Of a DNA stretch of 64,000 nucleotides, positions 35,025 through 46,328 are shown in pieces. The notes beneath the pieces were generated by a model. The model saw nothing but the letters and a program-made list of their open reading frames with translations. It had not been told where the DNA came from and did no database searches. The DNA is taken from positions 526,167 through 590,166 of the forward strand of contig NW_005434664.1 in NCBI RefSeq assembly GCF_000315625.1. The letters are read 5' to 3'. This DNA comes from Guillardia theta CCMP2712. Lineage: Eukaryota; Protista; Cryptophyta. The translations under genes were made by a program, and so were the position numbers. Within the stretch, counting starts at the first letter, position 1, and every line of letters starts with the position of its first letter.

Positions 35025-36548
35025 TGACGGAATACAAGTTTGTTAGACTTGTACTAGTCCAAAGTCACGCAGATGTCACATCGACCTTAGTTGTAACAAG
35101 ACAGTTTTTGCTCAAGACCGAGTTTAATGCACACAAATCCAGAATTGAGGAGCACATGAGAGATAGACTGTATGCTAGGATGTGAAACCCAAGCATCCAG
35201 ACATGAGGGGACCTTAGCAAGACGGCTAGGAAGGCCTCCTCTTCGTCACATGTACTACATTGCCGCCTGCCACGTAAGTCGTCTTGGTTTACAGGAGAGT
35301 TTTTGTTAACTCGGCGCTATCTGACTGGCACGGCTGGCATACGTTCCATCCTCCCCCCGAGTTTCTGAAATAGTACGTTACATCGGACGTCAGAAAGTCA
35401 CTCAACCAAGAGAATGTCAGCAGATCCAAGTCAAGATACGATGATACAACGTCAAGTTCACAGTCATGCTGAGTGGGAAATAACCATTCAAGGATTGTCC
35501 ATTCTGAAGAAGATTTTCATGCAGGGCTGTTAGATGTGCGGCACAGAGATAAGGGGAGATGCCTGGCGAGCGGATGCAATGACGAGAGATGGAGGATAGG
35601 ATAAGAGAGTCTGAAGAGAGAGAAGATAAGAGAGATAGAGAGGGAGAGAGAGAGTGCCCGCCGGCATTTGAAGACCAAAAGATAAATTTTTGAACCGTAA
35701 AGAACTTGTGACCAGAGATTGCTGCCGCAAGATTGGAACATCCGTTTCAAGGCATTTGAAGATTGTTGTGCAGTAGTACCTTGTTCGCCGATCCAGAAGT
35801 AGCTCCAGTTATGCATGCCACAGCCTAGCTCCATGACATGAAACTTCCGCCAGATCTCCTGGGAGTTCCATTTGATCCTACTCAAAGATCAAGAAAATAA
35901 GAATCGAATCAGCTTCAAGTGCGTTTCCACACGGTTAAGCAGATATTCGACCGACCAATCTGGCTGGGGAAAGGCTTGTTTTTCCTATTCGAAGATCAAT
36001 CAAACAGATTGAGGCTGAGATGAGAGGCCTAAACAACTTGCGGCTAGAGAGAGAGCCTGATTGAAGAGAAGAGTCATCCGAATGTGTAAGGCTTGATAGA
36101 AAGTTGCATGAATTTTCAACAGTAACGGAAAACAATACCAAGAAAGAAAAAACTCCAGTAAACAATTCAACTAACCAAATATAAGATCAACATGATTGAG
36201 CATGTAATCGGGGCCCATAACCGACGGAATACAAGTTTGTTAGACTTGTACTAGTCCAAAGTCACGCAGATGTCACATCGACCTTAGTTGTAACAAGACA
36301 GTTTTTGCTCAAGACCGAGTTTAATGCACACAAATCCAGAATTGAGGAGCACATGAGAGATAGACTGTATGCTAGGATGTGAAACCCAAGCATCCAGACA
36401 TGAGGGGACCTTAGCAAGACGGCTAGGAAGGCCTCCTCTTCGTCACATGTACTACATTGCCGCCTGCCACGTAAGTCGTCTTGGTTTACAGGAGAGTTTT
36501 TGTTAACTCGGCGCTATCTGACTGGCACGGCTGGCATACGTTCCATCA
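35025..36548 (-). mobile_element. Non-autonomous Ty1/copia-type LTR retrotransposon (TRIM-like, 1524 bp)
   Basis: Two 327-bp LTRs (35025-35351, 36222-36548), apparently identical except at their inner terminal bases. Outer ends TG...CA; 5-bp TSD AGAGG (35020-35024, 36549-36553). PBS GGTTATGGGCCC (36222-36211) and PPT GGGGGGAG (35358-35351). No gag/pol ORF in the ~870-bp interior. Confidence 0.92.
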
Positions 36549-37372
36549 AGAGGCATCGAGCGCTGAGCAATGATGTCCGCCAGATACCAGATGAAGCGGA
36601 GGGTGTCAGGATGCAGGGTACCGTCCGTCGAGATGGCAAGAGGGATGAACGCTCGAGGAGGAGTAGTCATGGCATATGCAGCGCGATGTTTGCGAATCTT
36701 CTCAGACGCTGCAACATGGAGGGCGTCGAGGTTGACCTCCCCCCACTTGGTCAGGTCGGCAGAGCTACCAATGTAAGGGTGGACCAACGTCACGTCCGCC
36801 ATCAAGCCCTCGTACTGCTCGGACCCTCGATCGCGGATTCCAGGAATGTGGATATCGCCCTTCATCTTGCGGCCATGAGGATGGGAGGGTACCTGCCGTC
36901 GAGAACGAGGATCCCCCACTGTATCGATGACGCTCTGAAGACCAGCTTCGTTCAGCATCGACCGAATCGTACGAGTAAGGTTGTCATGCGCCGTGGGAAG
37001 CTTGGAGGATCGGCGTTTGCAGGTCTGGAGATGATGTGCAGCAACGGAGGGATCGAGCTCGCGCTGACATCCGGTGGCATCACATTCCGTCGGACACTGG
37101 CAGATCGGCATGCCATGGAGATAGCAGTCGAGCATCTGAGCATAGCGGTGCGGGAAGGCCTTGAGGGGGTAGTAGCTCGAGACTCGCATCGGAGAGTGGC
37201 TCAGGTCTCGCTCAGGAAAATGAGCGAAGATGGTAGACTGCAAGACCCTATCCTGCGACTTGAGCGAGTGTGTCCTGCGGCTGTGCAAGGTGAGGATATC
37301 ACGCTGCTGATCGGTCAGCGCAGCGCGAGCATGCACATGGCGAGGGAAGACGCGCATGACAAGAGGGGTCAC
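36549..37372 (-). pseudogene. CRE-like element C-terminal domain (CCHC zinc knuckle + RLE endonuclease), continuing across the LTR insertion to ~34700
   Basis: ORF 36503..37387: CQCPTECD..CQRELDPSVAAHHLQTC...AHDNLTRTIRSML...KGDIHIPG...MADVTLVHP...KIRKH...FIPLAISTDG. Confidence 0.85.
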
Positions 37373-38871
37373 ATCGGTTCTGCACACCGTCGACTCGCGA
37401 CGAAGCTTGCTTTGGCAGCGATTCGCTCATTTCTTGACCAGCACTTCCTCTCGTCTCACCCTCGAGCGATTCAGTTTGGGCTCGATCGAGACGGCTGTCT
37501 GAAGTTCTCGCAAACCGCGTCAGCGCTCCTGCCCCTTCACGCTCGCGGTGATGATGAGGATGTTGCCAACCCCACAGTGCTGGTGAGTTTGGATGCAAAG
37601 AACGCCTTCAACTCCCTCGACCGCCAGGCTCTCTTCGATGCAATCGAGGGACGTGCGAGTCGCGACTACTTTGATGGGAGCATCACTGAAGGCGCAAGCT
37701 TGCCCTCTTGCGAGCATCTCCGTTTGTTCGCCCGGGCCTCCTACCTCTCCAGCTACTATGGAGACTCTGCTGACCTTCGACTCTTTCACAAAAGTCAGTC
37801 AGCCTCCGTTCAGTGTACCTCGGGCGTCTGTCAGGGCGATGTCCCCTCCAGCGTGTTTTTCTGCCACAGTATCCACCCCCTGCTCCTCCATATCGCAGAG
37901 CTTTTTCCCTCTGTTCGAGTCTTGGCCTATGCTGACAACGTCGTGCTTGTCGGTCCACTCGAGGATGCCGTTGCAGCTACGTCCGCTATGAAGAAGTACA
38001 TGGTGGCTGATCTGAAGCTAGAGATTCAACCTCGCGAGTCGAAAGTTTACATCCCCTCCTGGCATCAACACCCTGATCTCTCGCAGCTGAAGAAGAGCCT
38101 TAAGCGCCGTCTCAAGACTCAACTTCTTCACTTCGAGGTCGTCACTGGCGGGATTACACTGGCTTGGCGGCCTGCCTATCGGCACGGATGGATTTCATGC
38201 TAGTCAGCTCCGAGCGAAGGTTTCTACCCTCAACGAAGAGCTCTCGAAGCTCGGGCTCGTCCAGCATGGCTTCATGTTCAAGACGCTGGTGAGGGCGAGC
38301 CATCTCCAGAAGCTGCGCTCAGGCTTCTTCCTCCAGGGGTCATCTCCGTTTCTCCCGCGGGTCCAATCACAGATTCGTCGCTTTGACCTCTCTGTCCACC
38401 TGGCGCTTGAGAAATACCACCGCTGGCCTTCCTCGCAGTACCTCGCCGCGCATCCCGACCTGCTAGAGTTTGCGAGGTTCAAGCGGGAGCTTCCGCATAG
38501 TCGGGGAGGGGACGAGTTCACGCCCTCTGAGGGTCTACACCCCGCTGTTTACTATACGGCTATCGCTCGCTTCCTCGCCGCTTGGTACTCTGACCAGCCC
38601 ATGTCCCGGATGTTGCCCTCTCCTCATAGCCTGGACGTTCACTGCTCGAGATCTCTCCGTGCCCAGAAGCATCCTCTGGCGACCTTCTTCGTTGAGGCGC
38701 ACGACTTCGTCCATAATGCTGGAGCGATCCTCTACCGTCGTGTCAAGGCTCCTGCACCGGCTGCAGATGGCGCGGCGATCCCACCTGCCCCGGCTGCTGT
38801 GCCTGATGACGCAGGACGCCCCCCGGCATCTGTGGTACACATCCCTGGTTTGCGCGCTCTCGTCGACTCGT
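37373..38871 (+). pseudogene. Reverse transcriptase domain of the CRE-like retrotransposon (5'-truncated, frameshifted)
   Basis: RT motifs IQFG, VSLDAKNAFNSLDR, GVCQGDVPSSVFF, LAYADNVVLVG, LEIQPRESKVY. A 4-nt TGGC duplication at ~38160-38168 breaks LAGLPIGTDGF. The copy resumes after the TIR element at 41272. Confidence 0.88.
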
Positions 38872-41271
38872 CATTACGTTCGCTTATAGCTTTAGTTAAT
38901 TCTCGATCCTGTCCTTCTGGTACTAATCATGGACACGGCTCTAATTGCAATTTGTACCAGTCCTTCCCCCCCTGATGGCGCCTGGGGGTCTTCTGCCCTT
39001 GCCTGGAGTAGACCCCACCCTCACTCTCCCATGGGAAAAGAGTAGGTCGGGTGGGCGACTTGGCTGGGGCAAGGGTAGGTTGTGAACCTTTTATTCCAAG
39101 TATTTGCATGCAGAAATTTGTATCGGCGGCGTGCTATTCTTAGATTCAAACTGTACTGCATGACGACAATAAAATCAATTCTACACGCCTTCGTGGTACA
39201 AGAACAGTACCGAAAATCCTATCGACCCACCCATGCTTTTCTCTGTTGGATACAGCAGGCATAACCCCTGGTCAGAGGCGTGTATTCAAAATTTGAACTT
39301 TAACGTAAGGTACCCACCCTTGCTCATGTGTCATAATTCCCTAAAACAGGAGGGTGGTCGATACGGCACTCAATCTTGGGATCAGGGGGTGGGTGGTAAG
39401 GAATCCCCAACCCATCCCTCCCTCTCGATGCATGATGAATGTTGCCCATCCAGCGACCATCAGGCTACTGAAAGATGCCAAGACCAACATGGTGACAAAG
39501 GTCAAACATGAGAATCAAAGATGGTGGGTTTGAGTGGTATGCATGCTCACTTTGCAACTCTGATACTTTAGTGACAGATCCTGCTTCCCGGCGAGCAGTC
39601 ATCGTGCATGGATCAGGATGCCCAAAGCTCTGCCCTTTTCAACGCTGCACTTGCACATATTACATGTGGTGATGCACTCAGGTTGGCATTGCTACTCCAC
39701 ATACAGGTTGATGACAGACGTTATATTGTCTAGATTGTTTAGAACCCCAATTCCAGCTTGAACAACATTGTTGAAGACGTGCAAACTGTTAGCGGCAATC
39801 TGTTTCTCAAAAACAGATCCCATCACGAATCACGGTGAGGCTGAGATCAAGTGAAGATTGATCTTCTCATGTTTGTGTATCAGGTAAGCATCGTGCATCC
39901 ACATGAACAAGCAACACGGCATTTTTTTCCTTGGCACCTTCCTTCCTAGCAGAACAATGAACACATGTAAGATATTACATGCTCGTGACGATATCGACAG
40001 CAGACAAGTTTTACGACAAAAGAAAATTATGTAGGGATGATCTAAGTGTATCGAATACTTGCTGTTGGTGCTCAACATGTGGAGAAAAGACGATTTGAAT
40101 GAATTCATGAGAATTCATGACAGTGGATCACTTCTGAAGCAACGTATCTCAATGTTGCATACATAGCTTGACTTCATATCCTTACATCGTGAGAGTTGAC
40201 AACCTGTATGGAGTGAGCTTTTCTGCGTCACATCATCATGCTGAGATCTGCATGCAACTTTCCAGCGCAGTTGCAGAGTCATGTGCACAGGAGTTCTCTT
40301 GCAAGTAAACTAATTCCAAATCATGCTTAATGAAATGCGTACCGTCTGTTGATGCCTTGACCGAGAACAATCGTGTTACAGAGTATTGCTACTCGCTGCA
40401 TGCGAAGCTGCTACTGTCTACAACACTCTAGAGTTCTGAACATCATATCAGTCCACAGCATGCAGGTTGCAAGGTTCCGAACGAACCGCGCTTCAAAGCA
40501 GGGCCATGAGCTTTGAATCGTGCTTGATAGAACACGTACACTCAGCTCAGTTCATGCTTTCGTGACCCTAGTTGGATGTTCATACACCTTGCCAATGCCC
40601 GTGAAACATGTTGCCGCTCCCATTCAAATGTATACTGTAAATCTGAGGCACAAAATTTCTAACATCAAATATCTTGAACTATGCAAAATCAAAATCCTTG
40701 ATTACACTATGATGAGGCAAGAGCAGGATGCTCGTTGTCCCATCTTGTTTGTGAGGGCACGAGTGAAGGTTGAGCTGCTTTGACAAACAGCACTGGATAT
40801 CTAGTGCAATACTTTACATCTCAAGCATTTGTTTATTGATAAAACATAACATTGTCGACTATGCGAATGAAAAATCATCACAGCAACACTTGGATGGTGC
40901 TTGATTCTGAACTTGCAAGATTAGATTACGATAATGATGATTGTATTCACAAAAGCAACACAACGACCGTGCTATCAAGATATCTCATCGACATTAACTT
41001 CGAATCTTGATGGTCTATCCGTCTTCGTCATTGATTAGCGTTGTGCATATCCCTGCACCATCGCGAGAGGGCTGAAGGGAGGGGGGGGGGGCTCGGGGGG
41101 TCTACCATCATAAAATGCTGGACTCTTAAAAGTATTGTAATTTGTACCATTAAAACAAATAAATTAGTATTACAGGACCCACCCCTGTGCATTTCCCTCT
41201 TCAAACTCTACCACGCCTGTATCAGAGCCCCACAGGAAAAAGAACCCCAAAACCAACAAGCGAACGTAATG
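38872..41271. mobile_element. 2.4 kb TIR-bounded insertion (putative non-autonomous DNA transposon), no TSD
   Basis: 14-bp perfect TIRs CATTACGTTCGCTT (38872-38885) / AAGCGAACGTAATG (41258-41271). Interrupts host ACTCGT^CTCATG, whose empty site is visible in the copy at ~32560-32575. AT-richer interior with no long ORF. Confidence 0.8.
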
Positions 41272-44200
41272 CTCATGATGAGCACTTCATTCCTCCCCGG
41301 AGTCCCCCTGCGCAGCGAAATGTGACCCCTCTTGTCATGCGCGGCGCGTCTTCCCTCGCCATGTGCATGCTCGCGCTGCGCTGACCGATCAGCAGCGTGA
41401 TATCCTCACCTTGCACAGCCGCAGGACACACTCGCTCAAGTCGCAGGATAGGGTCTTGCAGTCTACCATCTTCGCTCATTTTCCTGAGCGAGACCTGAGC
41501 CACTCTCCGATGCGAGTCTCGAGCTACTACCCCCTCAAGGCCTTCCCGCACCGCTATGCTCAGATGCTCGACTGAACTTCGGAATGTGATGGATGTCAGC
41601 GCGAGCTCGATCCCTCCGTTGCTGCACATCATCTCCAGACCTGCAAACGCCGATCCTCCAAGCTTCCCACGGCGCATGACAACCTTACTCGTACGATTCG
41701 GTCGATGCTGAACGAAGCTGGTCTTCAGAGCGTCATCGATACAGTGGGGGATCCTCGTTCTCGACGGCAGGTACCCTCCCATCCTCATGGCCGCAAGATG
41801 AAGGGCGATATCTGCTTGACCCTTAGGCTGCTTGTCTGCGCGGCTTCGCCGCGCTTGGGCTGGCGATGCCGCGTCTGGGTGCCAGCAGTGCTGGTTCTTT
41901 TCGGGCTTGTGTTTTGTGTGTGTTTGTGCAGCTTCTCGCTGTGGACTGTGTGCCTGCCGGTTCAGCTTGTTCCTGCTTTGTTTTGCTTGAGGCACTTTTT
42001 ATCTTCTGCCAGTAAATCCTATATACTTGTGCCTGATGACGGACCTGCTGCTGAGGTCTTGGCTCGCAAACGCGCCGCCACCTATCAGCGCCTCACCATG
42101 CAGCTGACGCTGGAAGCGCTCTTGTCTGGTGCGAGGCGCATGACGCCCTTGCGGGCGCAAGCACTTCTCGAGCCAGAGGACAGCTCCTCCTCGGACTTTG
42201 TCGAGTCGCCCGAGGAGTCTTCGCCGGAGGTCTCCGACTCCGATGGGGGACACCCTTCGAGTGGCCCCGACGATCGGCGCGGAGCTGGCGAGGCGTCTCC
42301 GTCCCTCACTGTGACGTCGGGTGCCTCCGGAGAGCTCGACACCACTGGGGTGCTTGCTGCTGGTCCGAGCTCGCCTGCTTCGGTCCCCGGCATCGGTCGG
42401 GTCACGCCGGTCCTTGGGCATTGCCGCGGCGTCGCCGCCGTCACGGGCGGCTACCACTGACTTGGCTACCGCTGACTCGGAGGCTAGCGAGGAGGACTAC
42501 CTCGAGCGGTACCGTGTTCATGTGTCCAGCCTCCCTCCGTCCGCTGCCCGGGCCTGGCGGACCCCCGGGCAGCGCCGGCTCCTTGTCGGCGGCTGCCCTT
42601 TCTCCGTCCGCCGGGCCGCCCGCTTTGTGGCGGCAGCGGACGTCTCGACTGACAGTGGTCAGTCGGCTGCCTCCGGGTATCGCGTCTAAGGGATTTTATT
42701 CCTCCTGCATGCTCCTGCTGCTTGTTGCTTGATTGCCTGACCCTTAGGCTGCTTGTCTGCGCGGCTTCGCGCTTGGGCTGGCGCTGCCGCGTCTGGGTGC
42801 CAGCAGTGCTGGTTCTTTTCGGGCTTGTGTTTTGTGTGTGTTTGCCAGTTGTGCAGCTTCTCGCTGTGGACTGTGTGCCTGCCGGTTCAGCTTGTTCCTG
42901 CTTTGTTTTGCTTGAGGCACTTTTTACCTTCTGCCAGTAAATGTTGCAGCGTCTGAGAAGATTCGCAAACACCGCGCTGCATATGCCATGACTACTCCTC
43001 CTCGAGCGTTCATCCCTCTTGCCATCTCGACGGACGGTACCCTGCATCCTGACCGTACACCCTCCGCTTCATCTGGTATCTCGCGGACATCATTGCTCAG
43101 CGCTCGATGCCTCTTGAGGATGCGGCGTTTGGTCGGCACTTCGTGCCTGATGACGGACCTGCTGCTGAGGTCTTGGCTCGCAAACGCGCCGCCACCTATC
43201 AGCGCCTCACTATGCAGCTGACGCTGGAGGCGCTCTTGTCTGGTGCGAGGCGCATGACGCCCTTGCGGGCGCAAGCACTTCTCGAGCCAGAGGACAGCTC
43301 GCCGGAGGTCTCCGACTCCGATGGGGGACACCCTTCGAGTGGCCCCGACGATCGGCGCGGAGCTGGCGAGGCGTCTCCGTCCCTCACTGTGACGTCGGCT
43401 GCTTGTTGCTTGCTTGTCTGCGCGGCTTCGCGCTTGGGCTGGCGGTGCCGCGTCTGGGTGCCAGCAGTGCTGGTTCTTTTCGGGCTTGTGTTTTGTGTGT
43501 GATTGTGCAGCTTCTCGCTGTGCGCAGTGTGCCTGGAGGTTTAGCTTGATCCTGCTTTATTTTGCTTGAGGCACTTTTTATCTTCTGCCAGTAAATCCTA
43601 TGCTATACAGGTACATAGGATTTACTGGCAGAAGGTAAAAAGTGCCTCAAGCAAACCAATGTAAGGGTGGACCAACGTCACGTCCGCCATCAAGCCCTCG
43701 TACTGCTCGGACCCTCGATCGCGGATTCCAGGGACGGTGGATATCGCCCTTCAACATCTTCCGCCGCGACCTACGCTGTCCCTCACCTCTGCGAGCGAGC
43801 GCCAAAGACAGTTGGCGATTCATCAGTTCACTGCGGGTGACCTTCATCGGGCGGTACGGACACTACTGAGCTCCGCGGCATCTACAAGGCTGAATCTTTC
43901 ACTGATCTTCTTGCTGAAGCACAAGGAGGGACTGTCGGATTTACTGGCAGAAGGTAAAAAGTGCCTCAAGCAAAACAAAGCAGGAACAAGCTAAACCTCC
44001 CACAAGAGAAGTTCCCTGCGTCGCCTGCCTTTGGAAGTGCTGACCACTGTCAGTCGAGACGTCCGCTGCCGCCACAAAGCGGGCGGTCGCGGACGAAGAA
44101 AGGGCAGCCGCCGACAAGGAGCCGGCGTTGCCCGGGGGCCCGGGTCCGCCTGGGGCAGCGGACGGCCCGTGACTCCGGGAGGCTGGACACAGGAACACGG

Positions 44201-46328
44201 TACCGCTCGAGGTAGTCCTCCTCGCTAGCCTCCGAGTCAGCGGTAGCCGAGACCAACACCGCCCGTGACGGCGGCGACGCCGCGGCAATATCAAGCAACA
44301 AGCAGCAGGAGCATGCAGGAGGAATAAAATCCCTTAGACGCCGCGATACCCGGAGGCAGCCGACTGACCACTGTCAGTCGAGACGTCCGCTGCCGCCACA
44401 AAGCGGGCGGCCGCGGACGGAGAAAGGGCAGCCGCCGACAAGGAGCCGGCGCTGCCCGGGTGTCCGCCTGGGGCAGCGGACGGAGGGAGGCTGGACACAT
44501 GAACACGGTACCGCTCGAGGTAGTCCTCCTCGCTAGCCTCCGAGTCAGCGGTAGCCAAGTCAGTGGTAGCCGCCCGTGACGGCGGCGACGCCGCGGCAAT
44601 GCCCAAGGACCGGCGTGACCCGACCGATGCCGGGGAGGAAGCAGGCGAGCTCGGACCAGCAAAGTGCCGACCAAACGCCGCATCCTCAAGAGGCATTGAG
44701 CGCTGAGCAATGATGTCCGCCAGATACCAGATGAAGCGGAGGGTGTCAGGATGCAGGGTACCGTCCGTCGAGATGGCAAGAGGGATGAACGCTCGAGGAG
44801 GAGTAGTCATGGCATATGCAGCGCGATGTTTGCGAATCTTCTCAGACGCTGCAACATGGAGGGCGTCGAGGTTGACCTCCCCCCACTTGGTCAGGTCGGC
44901 AGAGCTACCAATGTAAGCCGGGGTGGACCAACGTCACGTCCGCCATCAAGCCCTCGTACTGCTCGGACCCTCGATCGCGGATTCCAGGAATGTGGCCCAA
45001 GGACCGTGCGGCGTGACCCGACCGATGCCGGCCGGGGCCCGCCGGGGGACTCCCGGAAGCAGGCGAGCTCGGACCAGCAGCAAGCACCGTGCCGCCACCC
45101 CACTCCGGAGGCACCCGACATCACAGTGAGCCTGGGACGGAGACGCCTCGCCAGCTCCGCGCCGGTCGTCGGCGCGGCCCTCAGTCGGAGACCTCCGGCG
45201 AAGACTCAGGCTCCTCGGGCGACTCTCACTCGACAAAGTCCGAGGAGGAGCTGTCCTCTGGCTCGAGAAGTGCCCGGGCCGGGCCGGGCGTCATGCGCCT
45301 CGCACCAGACAAGAGCGCCTCCAGCGTCAGCTGCACGGATTTACTGGCAGAAGGTAAAAAGTGCCTCAAGCAAAACAAAGCAGGAACCCTAAGGGTCAGG
45401 CAATCAAGCAACAAGCAGCAGGAGCATGCAGGAGGAATAAAATCCCTTAGACGCGATACCCGAAGGCAGCCGACTGACCACTGTCAGTCGAGACGTCCGC
45501 TGCCGCCACAAAGCGGGCGGCCGCGGACGGAGAAAGGGCAGCCGCCGACAAGGAGCCGGCGTTGCCCGGGTGTCCGCCTTGGGCAGCGGACGGAGGGAGG
45601 CTGGACACAGGAACACGGTACCGCTCGAGGTAGTGGGGGATCCTCGTTCTCGACGGCAGGTACCCTCCCATCCTCATGGCCCGGCGCAAGATGAAGGGCG
45701 ATATCCACATTCCTGGAATCCGCGATCGAGGGTCCGAGCAGTACGAGGGCTTGATGGCGGACGTGACGTTGGTCCACCCTTACATTGGTAGCTCTGCCGA
45801 CCTGACCAAGTGGGGGGAGGTCAACCTCGACGCCCTCCAGGCTGGACACAGGAACACGGTACCGCTCGCTAGCCTCCGAGTCAGCGGTAGCCAAGTCAGT
45901 GGTAGCCGCCCGTGACGGCGGCGACGCCGCAGCAATGCCCAAGGACCGGCGTGACCCGACCGATGCCGGGGAGGAAGCAGCCTGAGGCGAGCTCGGACCA
46001 GCAGCAAGCACCCCAGTGGTGTCGAGCTCTCCGGCCCTGAGGCACCAGGACTCCTGACTCCGCATGCAGGAGGCCGCCGCCGGACTGACCACTGTCAGTC
46101 CGGCGAGACGTCCACTATGGAGTACTGTGTGACTTCAACCACAGTGACTTGAGACTTCAGTGAGCGGGTAGTGAACGGCCGAGTTCCGACTCGCGGCGGG
46201 CCGCCGCGGCGCCGCCCGGCGGCCGGCCGCCCGGGGCGAGGTCACGGTACCGGGTAGTTCTGTCGGAGGCAGGCTTGCTATAGCCGATGAGTAAATCTGG
46301 GAAGAGACATCGGTTGCGAAGAGACACG

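Larger units (their letters stand above)
28540..46113. mobile_element. Nested, scrambled cluster of a CRE-like (R2-group, RLE-type) non-LTR retrotransposon, both orientations
   Basis: Dozens of near-identical fragments of one element. They include the Zn knuckle CQCPTECDGC...HHLQTC, AHDNL, KGDIHI..LMADVTLVHP..AASEKIRKH..FIPLAISTDGTLH (restriction-like endonuclease), stop ...GYRV* and a ~255-nt 3' UTR ending TTCTGCCAGTAAATCCTAT. No host genes in the interval. Confidence 0.9.

Noticed and set aside
36500-38203. 567-aa ORF as a novel RT fusion protein
   Set aside because: It is a chance read-through of LTR end + antisense endonuclease region + sense RT fragment across the inversion junction at 37372/37373.
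39420-40200. Spliced transposase or Fanzor/TnpB gene inside the TIR element
   Set aside because: Trial splicing ran into stop codons, and no DDE, RuvC or zinc-finger motifs were recognisable.
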